A stretch of 64,000 bases of DNA from Eubacteriales bacterium (GTDB lineage Bacteria > Bacillota > Clostridia > Oscillospirales > CAG-272), in contig JAZNOI010000042.1 of the NCBI GenBank assembly GCA_045580755.1, forward strand, positions 2,758 to 66,757. Direction: 5' to 3'. This document shows, piece by piece, positions 8,234 to 17,692 of the stretch. Below the pieces are notes generated by a model. That model saw only the letters and a program-made list of their open reading frames with translations. It ran no database searches and was not told the DNA's origin. The translations under genes and the position numbers were made by a program. How positions within the stretch are numbered: position 1 is the first letter of the stretch; the number at the start of each line of letters is the position of its first letter.

Positions 8234-9544
8234 TCAATCTTTCTTGCACAAGTATTTTGAAAGCATTCCCTTTGTCTTTGAATCAACAGTCGCTTTTATC
8301 TTTACGCCTTCCGCCAAGTAGTCTGTATCCAAAATAACGGCATTCTTGTAAAGAACGTTAACCATCGACTGATCGTTGTGGGGAAACAAAAACGTTTCGT
8401 TTGTCTTTCCGTCGTTTACAAGCTCCTCGATTCTCGAAATGAGCTTGTCTACCCCCTCACCCGTTACCGACGAAATAAAGAAAAGGTTATTTTCTCCCGC
8501 TCCCTGCTTGAGTTTCGGAAGAACGCTCGTCTCCACGTCGCATTTGTTGTATACGTAAAGTATGGGTTTTCCCGACGCGCCCAGCTCCTCAAGCAGCTTT
8601 TCCGTAACGGCAAGCTGTTCGTGACATTCGGGCTCGGATGCGTCGATCATCACGAGAACGCAGTCCGAATAAGCAACCTCGTCAAGAGTCGATTTAAAAG
8701 CTTTTATAAGATGGTGGGGCAAGTTTCTGATAAAACCTACCGTGTCGGTCAAAAGTATTTCGTTTCCCGAAGGAAGCTCGTACTTTCTCGTAGTCGGGTC
8801 AAGTGTGGCAAAAAGCTTATTTTCAGCCAATATGCCAGCCCCCGTGAGATAGTTCAAAAACGTACTCTTTCCCGCGTTCGTATATCCCGCGATCGCTATT
8901 TTAAACAATCCCGATTTATCTCTCTGCTTTCGCTGAATACTCCTGTTTTTCTCGAGCAGCTCAAGCTCGTCCTCCAAAGCGTCCATACGGCGCTTTATGT
9001 GACGTCGGTCGCTTTCCAGCTTCGATTCACCGGGGCCTCGCGTACCGATACCGCCGCCCTGTCTCGAGAGCTGCAAGCCCTTTCCCGTCAGTCTCGGCGT
9101 CGTATACTTCAAAAGGGCAAGCTCGACCTGAAGTTTTCCCTCTCCCGTCTTTGCGTGCAGTGCAAATATATCGAGTATAAGCATACTGCGGTCAATAACG
9201 AGTATCTGCTTTTCGCTGTCACAGTTCACTTCGTTTTCAATATTTCTTATCTGCGACGGAGACAGCTCCGTATCAAAAACAACGAGGTCAGCATCGTTGT
9301 TTCTGCACAGCTCTGCCAGCTCTTTGAGCTTTCCGCTTCCGATATACGTTCCCGCATCGGGCGCAGTCTTAAACTGTGTCATTCTCGCAACGCATTTACC
9401 GCCCGCCGTATCAAGCAGTCTTTCAAGCTCGTCGAGCGACACTTCGGCATCCTCTCTGTCGTCACCGCGAAAAACCGCGCTGACAAGTATGCCTTTCGTT
9501 ACGTCTTTATCCTGTATTTCGGAAAATATATTTAATTCGGGCAT
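8234..9544 (-). CDS. hflX: GTPase HflX
   Basis: G1 AGYTNAGKST, G3 TDTVGF, G4 NKCD, and the HflX N-domain GGGIGTRGPGESKLE. Start moved to the ATG at 9544 behind a GGGGTG RBS. Confidence 0.93.
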   Translation of the reverse strand: MPELNIFSEIQDKDVTKGILVSAVFRGDDREDAEVSLDELERLLDTAGGKCVARMTQFKTAPDAGTYIGSGKLKELAELCRNNDADLVVFDTELSPSQIRNIENEVNCDSEKQILVIDRSMLILDIFALHAKTGEGKLQVELALLKYTTPRLTGKGLQLSRQGGGIGTRGPGESKLESDRRHIKRRMDALEDELELLEKNRSIQRKQRDKSGLFKIAIAGYTNAGKSTFLNYLTGAGILAENKLFATLDPTTRKYELPSGNEILLTDTVGFIRNLPHHLIKAFKSTLDEVAYSDCVLVMIDASEPECHEQLAVTEKLLEELGASGKPILYVYNKCDVETSVLPKLKQGAGENNLFFISSVTGEGVDKLISRIEELVNDGKTNETFLFPHNDQSMVNVLYKNAVILDTDYLAEGVKIKATVDSKTKGMLSKYLCKKD

Positions 9545-9626
9545 TTTTTCACCCCTTTTTCTTTTTAAAAACAAAAAGGGTAAGATGCGCAAAAATACAT
9601 CTTACCCGTTGTTAGTCCAAGGTCAA

Positions 9627-9830
9627 TTATTTTGCCTTGTTCAAGCGCTGTTTGAATTTGTCAACGCGGCCGCCTGCATCTACGAACTTCTGTTTGCCCG
9701 TAAAGAAGGGGTGGCACTTGGAGCAAATTTCAACACGCATATCGCCCTTTGTGGAACGAGTCTTAACTTCCGCACCGCAAGCACATTTAATTGTACATTC
9801 TTTATAATCCGGCTGAATAGCTGTTTTCAT
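9627..9830 (-). CDS. rpmE: 50S ribosomal protein L31 (Cys-containing type A)
   Basis: 67 aa. MKTAIQPDY... with CxC and CxxC pairs and the HPFFTGKQ motif. Confidence 0.95.
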   Translation of the reverse strand: MKTAIQPDYKECTIKCACGAEVKTRSTKGDMRVEICSKCHPFFTGKQKFVDAGGRVDKFKQRLNKAK

Positions 9831-9872
9831 TGCACTGTACCTCTTTTATCAGTTTTTTACATATTGCATTGT

Positions 9873-9901
9873 ATTATAACACATCGTTTTTCATTTTTCA
9901 A
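9873..9901 (-). promoter_or_regulatory. Sigma-A type promoter for rpmE
   Basis: On the minus strand: TTGAAA, 17 nt, TATAAT, with a TGt extended -10. Confidence 0.5.
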
Positions 9902-10010
9902 TAGCAAACTGATTTTTTTTGCAAAAAAATGTTAATTTTTTTTTAAGACCGCAAAAATCACGTTATAAATAGTGTATAATGGGTTGATTTTTAATAAAAG
10001 GTATACCAAA

Positions 10011-10898
10011 ATGACCCAAAACTGTATGAAAAACAAAGCAGTCTGGAAGGAGATCGACCTTTCGGACAAAGAAATTTTTGAAAATATCGGCAACAACGAC
10101 GACGGGATCGCTATGTTCGGCTTTCCTTCCCTCTTTTTCTGGAAAGACCGTTACAATACCTCGTTCACCGTAATAAACGGAAACGTCGTTGCGCGCGGAA
10201 TCTCCGACAGCGGCAGATGCGTCGTCTATTTCCCGCGCGGGCTTAACTGTCAAGTCGAAGAAACGCTCAAAACGGTAGTCTCCGACTGCGAAAACGGTAT
10301 CACGTTTATGCCGCTTACGGAAAAGGTTGCACTCCAAATAAAAAACGTATTCCCCGACGCTGAACCCAAGCTCCTCGAAGAAAAATGCGAATACGTCTAC
10401 AATCAATCCGATCTTTCGCTTTTGGCAGGAAAAAAATATCATTCAAAGCGCAACCACATAGCAAAATTCACAAAGGCGTACGACGCCGAATATTTGAATA
10501 TAAATGAAAACAATCTCGACATTTTGAGAGAGTGTGCAAAGCATTTATACAACACGATCGAAAACAGTCCCAAAGACGAATTCGACTCGATAAACCGCGC
10601 AATTGACCTCTTTTCCGAGCTTGAACTGCGCGCCTGCGTTATTAAGGTTGACGGAAACTACGTCGCTTATTCGATCGGCTCGTCAATAAACGCCGACACT
10701 GCGGATATTCATTTTGAAAAAGCCGACAGAAGCTACGACGGAAGCTATGCCTTTGTCAACAACCAATTCGCAAAGCACGGTTTCTATGACAAAAAGTATC
10801 TTAACCGCGAGGAAGACCTCGGCATCGAGGGTTTAAGAAAAGCAAAACTCTCATATTACCCCTGTAGGCTTAACAAAATGTATTCAATTAAATTATAA
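10011..10898 (+). CDS. DUF2156-domain protein (related to the C-terminal domain of MprF-type lysyl-PG synthases)
   Basis: Central GKKYHSKRNHIAKF motif and acyltransferase-like C-terminal half. The GTG start in the track (9972) sits on a TATAAT box, so the ATG at 10011 is preferred. Confidence 0.65.
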   Translation: MTQNCMKNKAVWKEIDLSDKEIFENIGNNDDGIAMFGFPSLFFWKDRYNTSFTVINGNVVARGISDSGRCVVYFPRGLNCQVEETLKTVVSDCENGITFMPLTEKVALQIKNVFPDAEPKLLEEKCEYVYNQSDLSLLAGKKYHSKRNHIAKFTKAYDAEYLNINENNLDILRECAKHLYNTIENSPKDEFDSINRAIDLFSELELRACVIKVDGNYVAYSIGSSINADTADIHFEKADRSYDGSYAFVNNQFAKHGFYDKKYLNREEDLGIEGLRKAKLSYYPCRLNKMYSIKL

Positions 10899-10911
10899 AA
10901 GCAAAAAACAC

Positions 10912-10940
10912 TTGCATTTTTTTTAACCGTGTGTTATAAT
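10912..10940 (+). promoter_or_regulatory. Promoter of the pheST T-box leader
   Basis: TTGCAT, 17 nt, TATAAT, with TGt immediately upstream. Confidence 0.55.
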
Positions 10941-10946
10941 ACCAAC

Positions 10947-11217
10947 TACTTATTATATATGAAACGCGTTTAAGAAGTTCGGCGCAACGCATAAAGCATA
11001 CACAGAGAGGATACCGTCTTTGGCTGTAAACGGTCCTATGTCGGCGTTTGACGCATTTCGCTTCCCAGCGGAACGGGTGAACGAGATCAGTAGTCCGTTA
11101 CGGAAAGGGCACCGTTACAAGCCTCTGTAAAGTGTTTGCTTTATTGCATAAATAAAGGTGGTACCGCGGAAAACTCAAGTCTTTCGTCCTTTGATCATAA
11201 GGATGGAAGACTTTTTT
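10947..11217 (+). promoter_or_regulatory. T-box riboswitch leader (Phe) with intrinsic terminator
   Basis: AGAGAG bulge near 11003. T-box sequence AAAGGTGGTACCGCGG at 11154-11170. Terminator AGTCTTTCGTCCTT..AAGGATGGAAGACT plus TTTTTT at 11178-11217. TTC triplets at 11057 and 11062 are specifier candidates. Lies directly upstream of pheS. Confidence 0.85.
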
Positions 11218-11310
11218 ACGTATTTTTGCATCGGTTCTACGGCACCGACTGTTTTCAGACTATTTTTGAAAAAATAATAAATTATCATATATTTTGGAGT
11301 GATCAAAAAA

Positions 11311-12348
11311 ATGAAAGAAAGACTTGACGCTTTACTCCGTGACGGAGCAAAGAGAATTGACGAGGCAAAAACCGAAGCCGAGCTTCAAGAGGTTAAGGGC
11401 GCGTTACTCGGAAAGACAGGTGCCATAACCGAACTTCTCAAAGAGATCCCCAAGCTCGACGTAGCCCTCCGTCCCGAAATGGGAAAGGCTGTAAACAACG
11501 TAAAGACGTTGCTTACCGAGCACATCGAGGGAAAGAGAGAGGAACTCAAGCTCAAAGCATCGGAGATCTCCCCCGACTTTGACTACACGCTTCCCGGAAA
11601 GGCTCCCATGATAGGCGGCCTTCACCCCATAACACAAATGTGCTATGACTTGAACGACGCGTTTCGTTCGATGGGTTTTGAGATCTATCAAGGTCCCGAG
11701 ATCACGAGCGAATATTACGCATTTGACAACCTCAACTTCCCGCCCCAGCACCCCGCAAGAGAAAGCATGGACACCTACTGGCTCGGCGGACACGATTCGG
11801 GCGAGGCAAACGAAAAGCTCTGTCTCCGTCCTCACTTGACGGGCGGCAGCGTTCGTTATATGCAGACCCATAAGCCCCCTTACCGTTTCGTATATCCCGG
11901 CAGAGTTTACAGAAACGAAACCACCGACGCAAGACACGAAAGAGCTTTCTTCCAGTATGAAGCGCTTATCGTTGACAAAGACCTCACCTTTACGTCGGGA
12001 AAGGTTATGATCAAGAGTATTCTCTCAAAAGTATTCGGCAGAGACGTGCCCGTCAGAATGAGAGCAGGCTTCTTCCCATTCGTTGAGCCCGGTTTTGAGA
12101 TCGATATGGGCTGTCTCGTATGCGGCGGCAAGGGCTGCAGTGTATGCAAGCACGTAGGCTGGATCGAGATCATGCCCGGCGGCACACCCCACCCCAACGT
12201 TCTCAAAGCGGCAGGCGTTGACCCCGATGAATATACGGGATTCTACGTAAATATCGGTCTTGACCGACTCGTAATGATGCGTTACGGCGTTGACGACGTT
12301 CGTTTGTTCCACGGAACAGACTTACGATTCCTCAACCAATTCCGTTAA
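11311..12348 (+). CDS. pheS: Phenylalanine--tRNA ligase alpha subunit
   Basis: FPPQHPARESMDTYW and class II motifs 2 and 3. ATG at 11311 lies 9 nt after GGAGTG. Confidence 0.95.
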   Translation: MKERLDALLRDGAKRIDEAKTEAELQEVKGALLGKTGAITELLKEIPKLDVALRPEMGKAVNNVKTLLTEHIEGKREELKLKASEISPDFDYTLPGKAPMIGGLHPITQMCYDLNDAFRSMGFEIYQGPEITSEYYAFDNLNFPPQHPARESMDTYWLGGHDSGEANEKLCLRPHLTGGSVRYMQTHKPPYRFVYPGRVYRNETTDARHERAFFQYEALIVDKDLTFTSGKVMIKSILSKVFGRDVPVRMRAGFFPFVEPGFEIDMGCLVCGGKGCSVCKHVGWIEIMPGGTPHPNVLKAAGVDPDEYTGFYVNIGLDRLVMMRYGVDDVRLFHGTDLRFLNQFR

Positions 12349-12363
12349 GGAGGAACTGATACC

Positions 12364-14802
12364 ATGAAATTATCGCTTAATTGGATAAAAGACTACGTAA
12401 AACTGCCCGAGGATATGGATCTTTCGAGACTTGCTTACGACCTTACGATGTCCACCGTTGAAGTCGAAGGCGTACACGACCTTGGAAAGCAGTTCGACAA
12501 AATAGTTGTCGGTGTCATCAAAGAAGTTTTGCCCCACCCCAACGCAGACAAGCTCCGCGTTTGCAAGGTCGATGTCGGCACCGATGAGATAAAAGACATC
12601 GTATGCGGAGGAAGCAACCTCGAAGCAGGAATGAAGGTTGTCGTTGCCTGCCCCGGAGCTATGGTTCGTTGGCACGGCGAAGGCGAGCCCGTCGAAATTA
12701 AAAACACGAAACTCAGAGGCGTCGCAAGCTTCGGTATGATCTGCGCGTCCGTCGAAGTAGGTCTTGCCGACCTTTTCCCCGCTGCAGAAGAACACGAGAT
12801 CATGGACGTGACCTTCCTTGACGTTGCGGCAGGTACGCCGGTCGCAAAAGCGCTCGACCTCGAAGATATGATCCTCGAGATCGACAACAAATCTATGACG
12901 AACCGCCCTGACCTTTGGGGTCATTACGGTATCGCAAGAGAGCTTGCCGCCCTCTACGATCTCCCCCTCGTTGAATTTGAAAAATACACCCCGAATACTA
13001 CCGAAGAATACGACGTTCGCATTATAGATGAAGAAAGATGCCCCAGATATATCGGCGCAAAGATCGAAGGACTTTCGGTAAAACCTTCTCCCTACGAAAT
13101 GCAGAGCCGTATCTGGAGAGTAGGTATGAGACCCATAAACGCCCTCGTTGACGTTACGAACTACGTTATGTTGGCTTTGGGTCAGCCCACACACGTTTTT
13201 GATTCCAACCATATAATTGACCATATAGAAGTAAGACGCGCAAATGCGGGCGAAAAGCTCCGGCTTCTCAACGATAAGCAGCTCGAGCTCTCGAACGACG
13301 ACCTCGTTATCGCCGATGCAGAAGGCGCAGTTGCTCTCGCGGGCGTTATGGGCGGTTCAAAAGACTCCGTACTTCCCGAAACCGACAGCGTTATCCTCGA
13401 GGTTGCAAACTTCGAGTCAAAGACGGTTCGCAGGACCGCGCTCCGTTACGACAACCGTACCGAAGCTTCTTCCCGTTACGAGAAGGCTGTAGACCCCGAA
13501 AGATGCGATCTCGCGCTCTCTCTTTGCATGGAGCTCTTTGCCGAGCTTTATCCCGAAATGAAGGTTACTGCATTCAAAGACCTTTACGTAAACAAGCTTA
13601 CAAAAAAAGAGATCGACGTTGACTTCGACTGGCTCGACAGACGTCTCGGCAAGCGTATTCCCCAGGAGATCGTTGCGAAAAAGCTGGGCGCTATGGGTTA
13701 TGAAGTTACTTTCACCGAAACGGGTATGCACATAGTCGTTCCCACGTGGAGATCGACGGGAGACGTTTCGATCAAAGCCGATATTATGGAAGAAGTTGCC
13801 CGTATGTACGGCTATGAAAACTTCGAACCGACCCCCATTACCACCTCGTTTGACAGCGCGATCAACCAGCTCGGTATGGACCTTGTCCGCAAAGTTAAAG
13901 AATACCTTGCTTTCCGTTGCAATATGCAGGAAATATTCACTTATCCCTGGATGACCGATACTTTTGTAAACGCGATACTGCCCAATACGGACGGAGTTCT
14001 CACACTTTCAACTCCCCCCTCCCCCTCGGAGCAGTATATCCGTTCAACCCTTCTCCCCAACATCTGCAAAGCTATCGTAAAGAACGAACACAACTTTGAC
14101 GAATTTGCGATTTTTGAAGAAGCACAGATATTTGCCGACCGCGACTATTCGTCCCCCTATGACGAAAAAGAAAAGCTCCCCTACCAGAGAAAGCACCTCG
14201 GCTGCGCTTTCGTCGGCAAGGCTGACAGCGTAGGCGATCTGTTCCGTACCGCAAAAGGCGTTATCGGAATGATGCCCCGTTATACTCACATGGAAGCTTT
14301 TGAGTTCAAGCGCGAGGAAAGACCCTATTGGGCAGACGAAACCGTTTGGCTCAACATATATCTCGGCGATAAGAAGATCGGTGATATCGCACTCCTTTCG
14401 AGAAAAGCGGCTATCGCATGCGGTATAAAAGTGCTTTCCGCCGTACTCGTTGAACTCGATATGGACGCATTCGTTCCCCTTAAATCGAGAACGAACAAGT
14501 ATGCTCCCATTCCCGAATTCCCCACTAACTATTACGACCTTTCGTTCCTTGTTGACTCTATGGTTAAGTGGAGCGACATCTACAACGCCGTAGCAGGCAA
14601 GAAGAGCGAAAACCTCCAGGACGTTCTCTTCGTCGACGAATATAAAGGCAAACAGATCCCCGAAGGTAAAAAGTCGATCACGATCCGTCTCGTTATCGGA
14701 TCAAACGAAAAGACGTTGACCGGTTCTGATATAGAAGCCGTTGCAAACAGCGCGATAAAGAAGCTTTCTAAGCAGCTCGGTGTCGACATCCGTACGGTTT
14801 AA
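12364..14802 (+). CDS. pheT: Phenylalanine--tRNA ligase beta subunit
   Basis: 812 aa. N-terminal tRNA-binding domain HPNADKLRVCKVDVG. B3/4, B5 and anticodon-binding-like regions in the usual order. Confidence 0.95.
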   Translation: MKLSLNWIKDYVKLPEDMDLSRLAYDLTMSTVEVEGVHDLGKQFDKIVVGVIKEVLPHPNADKLRVCKVDVGTDEIKDIVCGGSNLEAGMKVVVACPGAMVRWHGEGEPVEIKNTKLRGVASFGMICASVEVGLADLFPAAEEHEIMDVTFLDVAAGTPVAKALDLEDMILEIDNKSMTNRPDLWGHYGIARELAALYDLPLVEFEKYTPNTTEEYDVRIIDEERCPRYIGAKIEGLSVKPSPYEMQSRIWRVGMRPINALVDVTNYVMLALGQPTHVFDSNHIIDHIEVRRANAGEKLRLLNDKQLELSNDDLVIADAEGAVALAGVMGGSKDSVLPETDSVILEVANFESKTVRRTALRYDNRTEASSRYEKAVDPERCDLALSLCMELFAELYPEMKVTAFKDLYVNKLTKKEIDVDFDWLDRRLGKRIPQEIVAKKLGAMGYEVTFTETGMHIVVPTWRSTGDVSIKADIMEEVARMYGYENFEPTPITTSFDSAINQLGMDLVRKVKEYLAFRCNMQEIFTYPWMTDTFVNAILPNTDGVLTLSTPPSPSEQYIRSTLLPNICKAIVKNEHNFDEFAIFEEAQIFADRDYSSPYDEKEKLPYQRKHLGCAFVGKADSVGDLFRTAKGVIGMMPRYTHMEAFEFKREERPYWADETVWLNIYLGDKKIGDIALLSRKAAIACGIKVLSAVLVELDMDAFVPLKSRTNKYAPIPEFPTNYYDLSFLVDSMVKWSDIYNAVAGKKSENLQDVLFVDEYKGKQIPEGKKSITIRLVIGSNEKTLTGSDIEAVANSAIKKLSKQLGVDIRTV

Positions 14803-14822
14803 TACAAATCAATACAAACAAA

Positions 14823-14855
14823 AACACCACTCCGTTCACAATAACGGGTGGTGTT
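14823..14855 (+). terminator. Terminator after pheT
   Basis: AACACCAC...GTGGTGTT stem followed by a T-run. Confidence 0.6.
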
Positions 14856-14896
14856 TTGTTTTTTCGGACATAGCCACACGCGTACAGGTGGAGAAA

Positions 14897-15030
14897 ATAA
14901 TTCCGTAGGGGCGTTCTGTGAACGCCCGCGGGCGAACATTGTTCGCCCCTACGAACAAAATAAGGACAGAAAACGTAAATAATCTCTAATTGTAGGGCCC
15001 GGCGTCCTCGACGCCCCGTTTATATAAACG
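14897..15030. repeat. Stand-alone GTAGGG hairpin modules of the mosaic repeat family (one double/inverted, one single)
   Basis: AATAATTCCGTAGGGGCGTTC..GAACGCCC/GGGCGAAC..TTCGCCCCTACG, then AATAATCTCTAATTGTAGGGCCCGGCGTC..GACGCCCCGTTTATATAAA. The flanks are the same as in the copies at 7.3-7.56 kb. Confidence 0.8.
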
Positions 15031-15073
15031 GTTTCAAATAATATAATATCTTCGCCAGCCAAGGATGTGGGGT

Positions 15074-15116
15074 GTCGGGGAGAAAACTTCGGCGTTTGAG
15101 ATGGTTTCTCCCCGAC
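15074..15116. other. Perfect 12-bp-stem hairpin GTCGGGGAGAAA-N19-TTTCTCCCCGAC
   Basis: Read directly. Sits between repeat modules. Function unknown. Confidence 0.6.
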
Positions 15117-15120
15117 AAGA

Positions 15121-15291
15121 CAAAAACGCTGCCGCGTTTTTTAAAAGAGCACAAACAGTCAGGGCTTCGCCCCGAACCCCACAAAAGGCGCGCTTTTGTA
15201 AAAGCGCCCTCTTGACTCCAACCAAAACTTTTAAAATTTAATAATCTTTATTGTAGGGGGCGACGTCAAAAGGCGCCCCGTTTATAAAAAA
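15121..15291. repeat. Intergenic mosaic repeat, copy 3 (extended form)
   Basis: Matches 7392-7560 along its length with scattered substitutions. The terminal hairpin is replaced by GGGGCG..CGCCCC. Confidence 0.9.
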
Positions 15292-15311
15292 ACGCACGGA
15301 TAACCGTGCGT
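15292..15311 (-). terminator. Terminator of the VTC/DUF4956/CotH operon (bidirectional shape)
   Basis: ACGCACGG-ATAA-CCGTGCGT flanked by an A-run and a T-run, 4 nt beyond the CotH stop. Confidence 0.7.
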
Positions 15312-15314
15312 TTT

Positions 15315-17663
15315 TTATTTGTTTTTTTCGTAGAATTTACCGTCGTTTTCACTTCTTCTTGCACAGTATCCGTCGTGCAGTTCCATAAGCAATATATCCT
15401 CAACGACCGTTTCTTCTTTGGATAAATACAGCCTTTCACCCGTTTTTAGATTAAACGGAACTTCCGGCTGATGATATTTTTCAGTTCCCGAATAATTGTT
15501 ACAATATACGACTAAGCTTTCCCCCGGTTTCAAAAGCCTTTTTGGAATCATATACTTTCCAAGCTTTTTCTCCGTATCGCTCAGAGAATAACCGTACGTT
15601 GTCAGTGTTTCCGTTGACGACGGATTATATATAACGATATAGTCGTCTGCTCCCTCGCACGAATACTCAAGTATCGAAAGCTTGATATTCTTTTTCGGAA
15701 CAACGATACATTCGACTTTTACCATACCTGCCTCTCTGTTCTCGCTGTCAATATAAAGCTCTTTTTCCGTTACCTCTTTGCCGTTTATAACCCAATGCGA
15801 AAACTCGTATCCAACCTTCGGTATACAACTGTACGTTTCGCCGTATTCAACGACGTAGGTTCCTTCGAAATCTTCGTTTATCTCCCAGTTGCCTGCAACG
15901 ACAGTACAGTTTTCCGGTTTAGCAATAACGACCTTATACGTATTACCGCTTATGCCGAACGCTTGTTTCAAGTCGGCAATAAGAGTAGCGGGTCTCTCTT
16001 TTGCATAAATTCTGTTTTCTTCAACCGACGATTCGACCGCCGCAAGAGTTCTTTTCGAGTACTTGCTTTCGGACTTATAATACTTAAGCTCCGTATATCG
16101 CTCCTCGTGCATCGCGTCAACAGTCGCAATATAATTCTCAGTCGAGAATGCACCGTTCATAAGCTCCAGGCAATAGTCAACGAATTTTGCCACGCAGTCT
16201 TCGCGTTTCATCAATGCAATAAACCATTCGCTTATTCTCGGGCTGTCGGGGTTCAGTATGTTCGTATTCAGTATATTTTTACTTGCTCCCCAGTGCCAAT
16301 CCATATCGTGAACAAGGAATCGCCATCTGCCGTCAAACACCGTTCCTTCACGGTATTCCTCACCCTCCGCGGCATAATACCTGTATGCCTTGTGGTTATT
16401 GTACGGCCAGTCGTAGTTGTTTATATAAGTATTGATCGCATAGTAGAACAGAAAATTGTCAACGTCGACAAGCTTGCAAAACTCTGCATATACATCATCG
16501 TCGGTCATATCGGCGTTGCCGTATATTTCATAAATATTATTCCACTCGTCATAGAAAAACTGATCTTCTTCGATAGTATCTATCTCATATCGCTTATCGG
16601 GTTTTGATCTTTCGGGCCCCGATGCGACAGCCATAGTACCCGGATAGTAACCGTAATGCTGTTCGAACCACTTATCGCATATTACGTCGTGCATCCACAT
16701 ACTTCCGTAATACTCACCGTTCAAAAAAACGGATACGGGCTCGATCTTTTGCGCTCCCGGGAATCCCGCCATATCGGCTAAAGTCTGATGCAATTCGTCT
16801 CGCATGTGCGAACCGTTAAGGTCACTGCCCGAAGAACGAAGCAGCACCCTTTTATATTCCGTTATCAATCTTCCCGAACCGTCAAGCGCATACTGCTCTC
16901 CGAAAAACGGGTAACTCAGCTTGTTTAATACGGGTTCGTAATCGGTTCTTGCATACACTTTAAGCGATTTCAGTATCGCTGCTCTCGAATATGCGCCAAA
17001 AGGCCGAACGCCCACCGTTTGATTTATGACCTGCTCCCCTTGCGGTGTAAACATCTGAATGTTTACACTTCTCTCGGAAGCCCAGCCTCGCAAATTAAAT
17101 CCAGCAGGTGATATATTTATAACCTCTTCGTTCGGATTCGCCGCTATCCAATCATCACGCAGTTTTCCCGCCACCAGTATGCCGTTTTCATACCCAAACA
17201 ACTTATCGGGATCGCAGGTAATAAAAACAGTCAAATTCGTAAAACGCTCGTTTACTTTGCGCCCCACCGAAAAGGTGTTGAATATGCAGTCCCCCCACGT
17301 ACCGTCGGGATACATTGGACGGGCAGTTATGGAGTATACGATAGTCCTAACGGGATCGTCGGACAGACGTATACCGCCTTCGCTGTAAACGCGGCAACTC
17401 TCTTTGTCAACCGTCTCTCCGGGCACCTCACCGTCTACCGTATAATATATGGTGCACGGGCTCGCCGCACCGATCTTAACGTCTAAGTCTTCTTGATAAA
17501 AACCCGGCTCGGTTATAAAGTAAATACCCTTTTCGACCTTAGCTCCCGTGGGTTTTGTATCATTTTCCGTCTCTGTTCGGTCTCCGGAAAACATAAAAAA
17601 CGAGCCCAGGGTCAAAAGAGACAGCACCAAAAAAGCAATTCCGCTTTTTATGTATTTATTCAT
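15315..17663 (-). CDS. Secreted or membrane-anchored CotH-family kinase-like protein with a C-terminal lamin-tail-like domain
   Basis: Signal anchor MNKYIKSGIAFLVLSLLTLGSFFMF. CotH-type core NNYDWPYNNHKAYRYY and RWRFLVHDMDWHWG. N-terminal Ig-like CTIYYTVDGEVPG. Start moved to M12 of the track ORF. Confidence 0.8.
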   Translation of the reverse strand: MNKYIKSGIAFLVLSLLTLGSFFMFSGDRTETENDTKPTGAKVEKGIYFITEPGFYQEDLDVKIGAASPCTIYYTVDGEVPGETVDKESCRVYSEGGIRLSDDPVRTIVYSITARPMYPDGTWGDCIFNTFSVGRKVNERFTNLTVFITCDPDKLFGYENGILVAGKLRDDWIAANPNEEVINISPAGFNLRGWASERSVNIQMFTPQGEQVINQTVGVRPFGAYSRAAILKSLKVYARTDYEPVLNKLSYPFFGEQYALDGSGRLITEYKRVLLRSSGSDLNGSHMRDELHQTLADMAGFPGAQKIEPVSVFLNGEYYGSMWMHDVICDKWFEQHYGYYPGTMAVASGPERSKPDKRYEIDTIEEDQFFYDEWNNIYEIYGNADMTDDDVYAEFCKLVDVDNFLFYYAINTYINNYDWPYNNHKAYRYYAAEGEEYREGTVFDGRWRFLVHDMDWHWGASKNILNTNILNPDSPRISEWFIALMKREDCVAKFVDYCLELMNGAFSTENYIATVDAMHEERYTELKYYKSESKYSKRTLAAVESSVEENRIYAKERPATLIADLKQAFGISGNTYKVVIAKPENCTVVAGNWEINEDFEGTYVVEYGETYSCIPKVGYEFSHWVINGKEVTEKELYIDSENREAGMVKVECIVVPKKNIKLSILEYSCEGADDYIVIYNPSSTETLTTYGYSLSDTEKKLGKYMIPKRLLKPGESLVVYCNNYSGTEKYHQPEVPFNLKTGERLYLSKEETVVEDILLMELHDGYCARRSENDGKFYEKNK

Positions 17664-17692
17664 ATAATTTCCCTGTTTTTGTTTTAAAAAAA

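Noticed and set aside
8378-9535. 385-aa + strand ORF antisense to hflX. Similar long antisense ORFs occur at 12370-13224 (pheT), 15795-16607 (CotH), 24162-24944 and 25822-26391 (amidohydrolases), 43989-44750 (rRNA methyltransferase), 55859-56509 (S24 repressor) and 5426-6070 (parB).
   Set aside because: In every case the opposite strand encodes a protein with unmistakable family motifs. The antisense products are compositionally aberrant, and none has a convincing RBS.
9972-10010. GTG start at 9972 for the DUF2156 gene, as given by the track.
   Set aside because: The GTG is immediately followed by a TATAAT box that is more plausibly the promoter -10, so the downstream ATG at 10011 is preferred. 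This remains uncertain.
15034-15225. 63-aa minus-strand ORF (MVGVKRALLQKRAF...).
   Set aside because: It lies entirely inside the mosaic intergenic repeat. The same pseudo-peptide would be produced by the copies at 7.3-7.5 kb. It has no RBS.
16750-16765. TCCCGGGAAT inside the CotH gene as a possible Noc-binding site (ATTTCCCGGGAAAT).
   Set aside because: It matches only partially, is a single occurrence, and lies in coding sequence. That is not enough evidence.
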